From Desulfobacteraceae bacterium (GTDB lineage Bacteria; Desulfobacterota; Desulfobacteria; Desulfobacterales; ETH-SRB1): DNA of 64,000 nt. A model generated the notes under the pieces. That model did no database searches, had not been told where the DNA came from, and was given only the letters and a program-made list of their open reading frames with translations. Location: contig JAUVHU010000003.1 of the NCBI GenBank assembly GCA_030593145.1, forward strand, positions 9,962-73,961, in the 5' to 3' direction. A program made the position numbers and the translations under genes. This document shows, one piece after another, positions 59,100 to 64,000 of this stretch. The first letter of the stretch is position 1, and every line of letters starts with the position of its first letter.

Positions 59100-59753
59100 A
59101 TGTCAGACAACCCAAGAGGCGCGATTTTACAACGCGATAAAGAAACATACGCAATAGTTCCAAGAACTCCGGTCGGGCTTGTTACTCCTGAAGATTTGGA
59201 AAATATCGCTAATGTCGCAAGAAAATACGAAATACCAATAATTAAAATTACTTCCGGTCAGCGTTTTGCCCTGGTGGGAATAAAGAAAGATGATGTTGAT
59301 AATGTCTGGAAAGACCTGAATATGGATGTGGGTAAAGCCAGCGAGCTTTGCCTGCATTATGTTCAAGCGTGTCCGGGAACAGCTGTGTGCAAATTTGGAG
59401 CCCAAGACTCTTTGGGGCTCGGCATGGAAATTGAAAAACTTTTTTCAGGAATCGATCTTCCCGCCAAAGTCAAAATTGGAGTATCAGGCTGTCACTTCAC
59501 ATGCGGAGAGAGCTTTGTCCGTGACATCGGTATTCTTGGTTTGAAAAAAGGCTGGACATTAATAGTGGGAGGAAATTCCGGACATCGCGCACGTATCGGA
59601 GACATTCTATCTGAAAACCTGTCAAAAGACGAAACAATTGATCTGACTAAAAAGGTATTAGAATATTATAAAAACAACGCTAAAAAACGGGAACGGATGG
59701 CCAGATTTGTCAATAGAATCGGATTTGAAGCTATTAAAGAAGCTATACTTTAA
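59100..59753 (+). CDS. sir: Low-molecular-weight assimilatory-type sulfite reductase (siroheme-[4Fe-4S])
   Basis: GAILQRDK, KITSGQR, ACPGTAVC, SGCHFTCGE; resembles the Desulfovibrio monomeric enzyme as I recall it; ATG 59100 with GGAGG RBS. Confidence 0.85.
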   Translation: MSDNPRGAILQRDKETYAIVPRTPVGLVTPEDLENIANVARKYEIPIIKITSGQRFALVGIKKDDVDNVWKDLNMDVGKASELCLHYVQACPGTAVCKFGAQDSLGLGMEIEKLFSGIDLPAKVKIGVSGCHFTCGESFVRDIGILGLKKGWTLIVGGNSGHRARIGDILSENLSKDETIDLTKKVLEYYKNNAKKRERMARFVNRIGFEAIKEAIL

Positions 59754-60399
59754 CTAGACTGCTCACAGTGTGTTCAACAAGGCTGTTGTCCACGAAAATC
59801 TTAATTTTTGAATTGTCGTCACCAAGTCTTAAAAAAAAGGATTCTGTTCTTTTTGTAGATATCGGTTTGGCCGCCCATGCAGCAAGGCCGCGAAGAATTG
59901 AATCAGAAGATTCCATATATGGGCAAAGCAAATCAGCATTCTTTTTTACAAGATGAGGCCTGGAATGAGCAAGTCTTCCAATGCCCCATAAAACACCCCT
60001 TTGCAGAGCTTCATGCTCAATATAGTTTCCCTCAGGATTTATGTAAGACAGCAGTATATGGGCATACTCTTGCGCAAGCCTGTTATTACGGGCCATGATT
60101 TCGCCCATTGCTTCAGGTGATCCCCAGCCTATTCCGCCGGATTCATCATTGAGATTCCACATTAAACGGCGCATTATCACGCGCGCAGATTCCATATCAT
60201 GTTCGGCAAGATTTGAAACAACTGCGCCCATAGCGGTAACAGCCCGCCATTTTATAATTTCATCACTGCTATAAAAAAAGGAAAAAAGAGGGTTTACCAC
60301 CTGCCTGGCCGGTAGTTGACAGATCTCCTTAAGCCCCTTTTCAAAATTTTTACATCTTAGAAGTTTAAGTACTTTCTTTTTAAGCTGTCGCCACCCCAT
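59743..60399 (-). CDS. HEAT-repeat protein, DVU0298-like family
   Basis: RVIMRRLMWNLNDESGGIGWGSPE. Confidence 0.8.
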   Translation of the reverse strand: MGWRQLKKKVLKLLRCKNFEKGLKEICQLPARQVVNPLFSFFYSSDEIIKWRAVTAMGAVVSNLAEHDMESARVIMRRLMWNLNDESGGIGWGSPEAMGEIMARNNRLAQEYAHILLSYINPEGNYIEHEALQRGVLWGIGRLAHSRPHLVKKNADLLCPYMESSDSILRGLAAWAAKPISTKRTESFFLRLGDDNSKIKIFVDNSLVEHTVSSLVKV

Positions 60400-60402
60400 T
60401 AT

Positions 60403-60588
60403 TTATTCCCAGAATATACAATCCTCAGGACAGTATTTTATGGCCTCTTCAACACAAGATTCAGGATAATCTGAAAGCTCGGCAACTTTTATATAACCTG
60501 CATCATTCAAACTGAAAACCAGAGGACAGACTTCGACACATCCTTCGCATAGACTACATTGACCAATATCAACAACAGGTATTTTCAT
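60403..60588 (-). CDS. Monocluster ferredoxin
   Basis: CSLCEGCVEVCP...CPEDCI. Confidence 0.9.
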   Translation of the reverse strand: MKIPVVDIGQCSLCEGCVEVCPLVFSLNDAGYIKVAELSDYPESCVEEAIKYCPEDCIFWE

Positions 60589-60624
60589 AACAAGCTCTCA
60601 GACAAACCACCAACCAGGGAGATT

Positions 60625-60999
60625 TTATCCCTTCCACAGTCCATGGATATTGCAGTATGCCCGGACTAAAATCTCGTCGGCTTCCACGCTAAAGAATGCT
60701 TCGGGCGCCTGCCCAGGATTAAGGAACTGCCTGTATGCTTTGCCGTCGGCAATAATTTCGATCCATTCGATAAAATGTTTTTCTTCCATTGGATGCGCTA
60801 CATCACCAACCTTGACTTTTACGCCCCAGGGGATTTTGTCAGATACAGGGACATGTTTCTCTTTTGTCGCGTCAACGGTATTTTCTTTAATAAGACTCAT
60901 CGGTTTGCCACAGCATACAAGCTCACCTTTTCCACCGTGGAGTACTTCGACGATGTTTCCGCAGACCTCACATTTATAAATTTCAAGTTTTTCTGCCAT
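60625..60999 (-). CDS. dfx: Desulfoferrodoxin (class I superoxide reductase)
   Basis: CEVCGN...[27 protein letters not shown]. Confidence 0.95.
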   Translation of the reverse strand: MAEKLEIYKCEVCGNIVEVLHGGKGELVCCGKPMSLIKENTVDATKEKHVPVSDKIPWGVKVKVGDVAHPMEEKHFIEWIEIIADGKAYRQFLNPGQAPEAFFSVEADEILVRAYCNIHGLWKG

Positions 61000-61022
61000 G
61001 ATGACCTCCATTCGGGAAAATC

Positions 61023-61595
61023 CTAATAATTTTCTCCCAGCAGCTCAAAATAATCTCTAGGATGGTCGCAGGCCGGACAAACATTCGGTGCCTCTGTACC
61101 TTCGTGAAGATAGCCGCAGTTGCGGCAACGCCATACAACCTTTTCATCTCTTTTAAAGACCCTGCCGGCTTCAATATTCGCTGCAAGATCATTATATCTT
61201 TTTTCATGCTGTTTTTCTGCAACAGCAATTGCCTCAAATATTTTAGCAATGTCATCAAAGCCTTCTTCGCGGGCTGTTTTTGCAAAATCAGGATACATTG
61301 TAGTGTGCTCATAATTTTCGCCACTCGCGGATGCTTTAAGGTTTTCAAGGGTAGTGGCGATTACACCGGCAGGAAATGCCCCTGTGATCTCAACCTCTCC
61401 ACCTTCAAGAAGTTTAAAAAGTCTTTTGGCATGTTCCTTCTCCTGATTTGCAGTCTCTTCAAAAATCGCAGATATCTGGACGTAACCCTCCTTTTTTGCC
61501 TTGCTTGCAAAATATGTATAGCGATTGCGAGCCTGCGATTCTCCCGCAAAAGCTGTAAGAATATTTATTTCTGTTCTGGTTCCTTTCAGCTTCAT
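61023..61595 (-). CDS. rbr: Rubrerythrin
   Basis: [30 protein letters not shown]...CPAC. Confidence 0.97.
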   Translation of the reverse strand: MKLKGTRTEINILTAFAGESQARNRYTYFASKAKKEGYVQISAIFEETANQEKEHAKRLFKLLEGGEVEITGAFPAGVIATTLENLKASASGENYEHTTMYPDFAKTAREEGFDDIAKIFEAIAVAEKQHEKRYNDLAANIEAGRVFKRDEKVVWRCRNCGYLHEGTEAPNVCPACDHPRDYFELLGENY

Positions 61596-61635
61596 AAATA
61601 TATCCCTCCCTTTTTATAGTTTACTTTTTTAACTT

Positions 61636-61796
61636 GGAGCCTGTCCGAGAATTGTGTTCGTAACGAAAAAGTGTGAAAGCGAGACCAAATTTTCGCAAAT
61701 TTGAGGAGAATAGCAGGTCTATTTGACGAAAATTTGCGGGAATTTAGGCCGTTTCTCATGCTTTTGCAGTAGGACCAGAATTCTCGGACAGGCTCC
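61636..61796. mobile_element. MITE family E with perfect 18-bp TIR
   Basis: ggagcctgtccgagaatt / aattctcggacaggctcc. Confidence 0.85.
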
Positions 61797-61814
61797 TGGT
61801 ATTTTACCAAGATC

Positions 61815-62504
61815 TCAACCAGCTAGCCTTTCCTTTACAATCTCAATATAGATCGAATCAGTATAATCGGAAATAATCTTCTTAAAAGCCGTTAGGCTTT
61901 TTTCGTTCTCACCCATTACCGCATAAATTCGACCCAAATTGAAAAAAGCCTCATCTTTCATAATGGAATCAGATCCTGAAGCAATCATTTCAAAATACTT
62001 TACAGCTGAATTGTAATCTTTATTCCCTTCATGAGAATAACCAAGGCTGCTCAGAATAATATTTTTATATGAGCAATTATTCTTAAAGTCATGAAGCGCT
62101 TTATTATATAAGGCAATAGCTCTGTCAAACTCACCTGAATTATAACAGATATTAGCATAAACAATTTTTGCGAGTTTTCCGGCATCCTTTTTTGAATATT
62201 TATCCAGAATTGTCTGAAAATCCTTTTCTACTGCAAGATAAGCTTTGTCCTGCCCGTCATTTTTCATAATAATTGTATATTTTTGCATTCCCTGTTCCAG
62301 CATGTCAAAAGCCCTGGTTTCAGCCTTATTTGAAAAATAACTAAAGCCTGAAACAGCAATTATAAGTACAATTAATGCGCTCAGCCCGTATGATAGCTGG
62401 GTTTTATGTTTAATAAACAGCGCAAGCAGCCTGGATGTGAGTGTTAAAAACTCATCAGGTTTATTAAGAAGTTCTTTTCGCGTAATCTTTTTTTTCTTTG
62501 CCAT
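61815..62504 (-). CDS. Membrane-anchored TPR protein (YfgM-like)
   Basis: RKELLNKPDEF N-terminus, single TM, TPR helices. Confidence 0.8.
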   Translation of the reverse strand: MAKKKKITRKELLNKPDEFLTLTSRLLALFIKHKTQLSYGLSALIVLIIAVSGFSYFSNKAETRAFDMLEQGMQKYTIIMKNDGQDKAYLAVEKDFQTILDKYSKKDAGKLAKIVYANICYNSGEFDRAIALYNKALHDFKNNCSYKNIILSSLGYSHEGNKDYNSAVKYFEMIASGSDSIMKDEAFFNLGRIYAVMGENEKSLTAFKKIISDYTDSIYIEIVKERLAG

Positions 62505-62521
62505 TATTTTGTTCCTTATTG

Positions 62522-62680
62522 CCTAAGTTAAGCGATTTTTTGCGAAGATATGTGCTGAGATCTTGATGCATAAGGATTTGCAAAAACCGCAGGCATACCC
62601 GTGGATATGTCGAGGATTTTTGCGAAGCCTTTATGCGCAAGAGATCGGCGCAGATCGAGTAAAAAACCGCTCAATTTAGG
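62522..62680. mobile_element. MITE family C
   Basis: TIR cctaagttaagcg / cgctcaatttagg; half copy at 45001-45092. Confidence 0.8.
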
Positions 62681-62686
62681 TATTAA

Positions 62687-63151
62687 TTACCAGATTAGAG
62701 AATTGTGAATCCATCCTCTGTCTCCATCAGCATGCTGGATGTAAATCCAGTTGCCTTTAGATTTTATTACCTTAAACGATATTCCATCTTCAACCGTGAA
62801 TAATATATCATACTTTGTGCCTGGGCCGGATCGAATATTGCATTTAATCTCATTTGTAATAACAGATGAAATTTTACCGACCAGAGATTTATGAATCCAT
62901 CCTTTATCACCTTCAAAGTCGCGGAAATGATACCATGGACCGGATTTTTCCAAAACAACAATAGGATGGTATTTCCCCACCTTCCATATGATATCGTACT
63001 TTGTTCCCGGCCCGGAACGGATGTTTGCCAAAGAAGCCTTTATTGTAAGACGCTCTGCCAGAGCATCAGTGCTGCAAATAATGAGTAGAATTGCAATAAC
63101 AGGACATAGTATATTTGAATGTTTTTCAGATAAGCTCCTAATTAAGTCCAA
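62687..63151 (-). CDS. Secreted tandem SH3-domain protein
   Basis: Two NIRSGPGTKY...GWIH repeats after a signal peptide. Confidence 0.88.
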   Translation of the reverse strand: MDLIRSLSEKHSNILCPVIAILLIICSTDALAERLTIKASLANIRSGPGTKYDIIWKVGKYHPIVVLEKSGPWYHFRDFEGDKGWIHKSLVGKISSVITNEIKCNIRSGPGTKYDILFTVEDGISFKVIKSKGNWIYIQHADGDRGWIHNSLIW

Positions 63152-64000
63152 TCAGCCTTCCTCCCTGATAAACGGAAAAAGCTACAACCCATGCAAGGGA
63201 TGTGGTGTAAGCAATACTGAAAAACATCCACTTAAGGGAACCTGTCTCCCGTTTGATTGCTGCTATTGTTGCAAAACATGGCAGATATAAAAGAACAAAG
63301 AGCATCATTGAAAGCGCTGAAAGTGGAGTCATGCCGGATGATATAATGGCTTTTTGAAATGCGTCAGACTCCTCTTCTTCAACAGCATAAAGAATTCCCA
63401 TTGTACTGACAACTATTTCCTTGGCAACAAAACCGGTAAGAAGGGCAACTCCGCCACGCCAGTCTATACCAAGAGGAGCGAATAGCGGGGCAAGTTTTTT
63501 CCCGATATGGCCCATAAATGATTTTTCCATTTTTTCTGCGTCTTGAGCCAGTTTAATTTTCCTTATAGCAGTATCACGCTCTTCCTCAATAGATTGCATG
63601 CAGGATCTATCATCAACTTTGGCATCAACTTTGATTTTTGTTTCATACAATACATTAACTCCGACAATTTCCGCGGCATAATCAACAGAATACTGTATGT
63701 TTCTGGGAAATGCTGAAAGAAACCATATAACAACAGAACCGATGAGTATAACACCACCCATTTTTTTTAAGAACATCTTGCCGCGGTCCCACATATGAAT
63801 CAACACGCTTTTTAACATAGGGGCTCTGTATGGGGGCAATTCCATTACAAATGGAGCATCAGCCCCTCTTAAAAGAGTGGAACGAAACAAACGGCCGGAG
63901 ACAACTGCAGCGATAACACCGAAGAGATAGATAGCAAAAATTACGGTTCCGGCTTTAGCGCTAAAAAATGTACCTGTAAGAATTATATAAACAGGCAGTT
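63138..64000 (-). CDS. feoB: Ferrous iron transporter B, C-terminal part (runs off the window)
   Basis: PFVMELPPYR, GFVAKEIVVST, LLYLPCFATI. Confidence 0.93.
   Translation of the reverse strand, partial: LPVYIILTGTFFSAKAGTVIFAIYLFGVIAAVVSGRLFRSTLLRGADAPFVMELPPYRAPMLKSVLIHMWDRGKMFLKKMGGVILIGSVVIWFLSAFPRNIQYSVDYAAEIVGVNVLYETKIKVDAKVDDRSCMQSIEEERDTAIRKIKLAQDAEKMEKSFMGHIGKKLAPLFAPLGIDWRGGVALLTGFVAKEIVVSTMGILYAVEEEESDAFQKAIISSGMTPLSALSMMLFVLLYLPCFATIAAIKRETGSLKWMFFSIAYTTSLAWVVAFSVYQGGRLIGLN

Overview
Chromosomal segment of an AT-rich sulfate-reducing Desulfobacterota bacterium (Desulfobacterales-like, inferred from gene content). Core genes: dsrT-dsrMKJOP, alternative heme pathway (ahbC-hemB-ahbD), rplU-rpmA-obgE-proB-proA-nadD-rsfS, gpmI, coaE, adk, rpsU, folC, tRNA-Arg(CCG), rpsA, sppA, mnmA-mtaB, assimilatory-type sulfite reductase, rubrerythrin/desulfoferrodoxin/ferredoxin and the 3' part of feoB. 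There are two accessory blocks. Block 36-4731 is bracketed by 34-bp direct repeats and holds a J-domain protein with MshEN-like repeats, a 71-aa CxxCH mini-cytochrome and a frameshifted hybrid kinase. Block ~17.0-22.7 kb holds an orphan Cys-rich protein and a three-gene module (MerR-like HTH with a palindromic operator, a large gamma-class N6-adenine MTase, a separate PD-(D/E)xK protein), which is the best candidate for an uncharacterised defence system. Many intergenic spacers carry non-autonomous palindromic mini-elements. At least six families with unrelated terminal inverted repeats share one ERIC-like internal hairpin core, and one element is a chimera joined at that core. Heptamer/nonamer-array elements and a GTAACTRTTCAS terminal motif often sit at gene boundaries. 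No transposase, integrase, CRISPR array or rRNA was seen. All calls come from reading motifs by eye; no database search was run.
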